Source: Myxococcota bacterium
GTDB lineage: Bacteria > Myxococcota > SpSt-1050
NCBI GenBank assembly: GCA_049969675.1
Contig: JBMFOP010000070.1
Coordinates: 1 to 15,830, forward strand
Direction of reading: 5' to 3'
DNA length: 15,830 bases
Below, piece after piece: positions 15,333 to 15,830 of the stretch (positions within the stretch are counted from its first letter, which is position 1; every line of letters starts with the position of its first letter). The notes beneath the pieces were generated by a model. It did not search any database and had not been told where the DNA came from. It saw only the letters and a program-made list of their open reading frames with translations. The translations under genes and the position numbers were made by a program.

Positions 15333-15830
15333 CTATTTTAAGTCCGACATTATTGCTCTAACATCATTGGCAAATTCGCCATCTGGTGCAAGATTTAAAT
15401 AGCGTTGATACATCTTCTTTGCCTCTATATTCTTCCCATCTAACTGATAACAGGTACCGAGATAAAAGTATGCAGGTGCATAACCACTATTATAACTGAT
15501 AGCCCTCTTTAGATATGTGATTGCACTCTTAACCTTATTTGCCTCAAGCTCCATCTGCCCAAGTAGTGTGAATGCCTCATACCCCTTAGGATTTTTTATA
15601 AGTGCCTGTTTAAGTTCTTCCCTTGCCCCCTTCAAATTTCCCGATTTATAAAATCCCTGTGCAGATTTTAAAAGATTAGAATACCTTTCCATATCAATCT
15701 CTGGCTCTGATTCTCTCTTTGTTACCTTCTTCTCAATCGGGGTTGTTTCTTTCTGAACTTTACCTGTAATCTCCTCCCTCTTCTCTCCGCTCAGATCCTT
15801 CTCCGCTCCATCTATCTTATTAGATTCCAT
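15333..15830 (-). CDS. TPR-repeat protein, probably the 3' part of a longer gene running off the window
   Basis: E/K-rich linker followed by about 3 TPRs (AQGFYKSGNLKGAREEL, AFTLLGQMEL, AYFYLGTCYQ). The ATG coincides with the window edge, so the true start cannot be determined. Confidence 0.8.
   Translation of the reverse strand: MESNKIDGAEKDLSGEKREEITGKVQKETTPIEKKVTKRESEPEIDMERYSNLLKSAQGFYKSGNLKGAREELKQALIKNPKGYEAFTLLGQMELEANKVKSAITYLKRAISYNSGYAPAYFYLGTCYQLDGKNIEAKKMYQRYLNLAPDGEFANDVRAIMSDLK

Overview
AT-rich bacterial chromosomal window, standard genetic code, with Myxococcota/deltaproteobacterial-type genes (inferred from domain architectures). Left half, minus strand: a tightly coupled housekeeping operon pyrE - lipoprotein - site-2 protease - trpS - scpA - scpB - acpS - nnr(yjeF) - tsaE. 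It converges on a frameshifted remnant of an AAA-ATPase-like gene at 3-193. Middle, plus strand, from a divergent sigma70-type promoter: a membrane-anchored hypothetical protein, a stand-alone MshEN/T2SSE_N protein without an ATPase domain, and cydAB (short Q-loop cytochrome bd). A convergent MXAN_5187-C-terminal-like gene follows, apparently on a leaderless transcript. 12032-13396 is an accessory, decaying patch that the ORF track fragments. It contains a frameshifted gene remnant behind a perfect Shine-Dalgarno, hairpins, a 162-codon Cys-rich/SBBP-repeat lipoprotein frame with one in-frame TGA, and a degenerate heptamer array. Right end, minus strand: a zinc-ribbon/GYF-like/TM/TPR protein and the 3' part of a probable paralog. 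No rRNA, tRNA, CRISPR array, transposase, integrase or reverse transcriptase was recognised. I did not find a clearly complete new system; the best leads are the MshEN-cydAB unit and the 12.0-13.4 kb patch.
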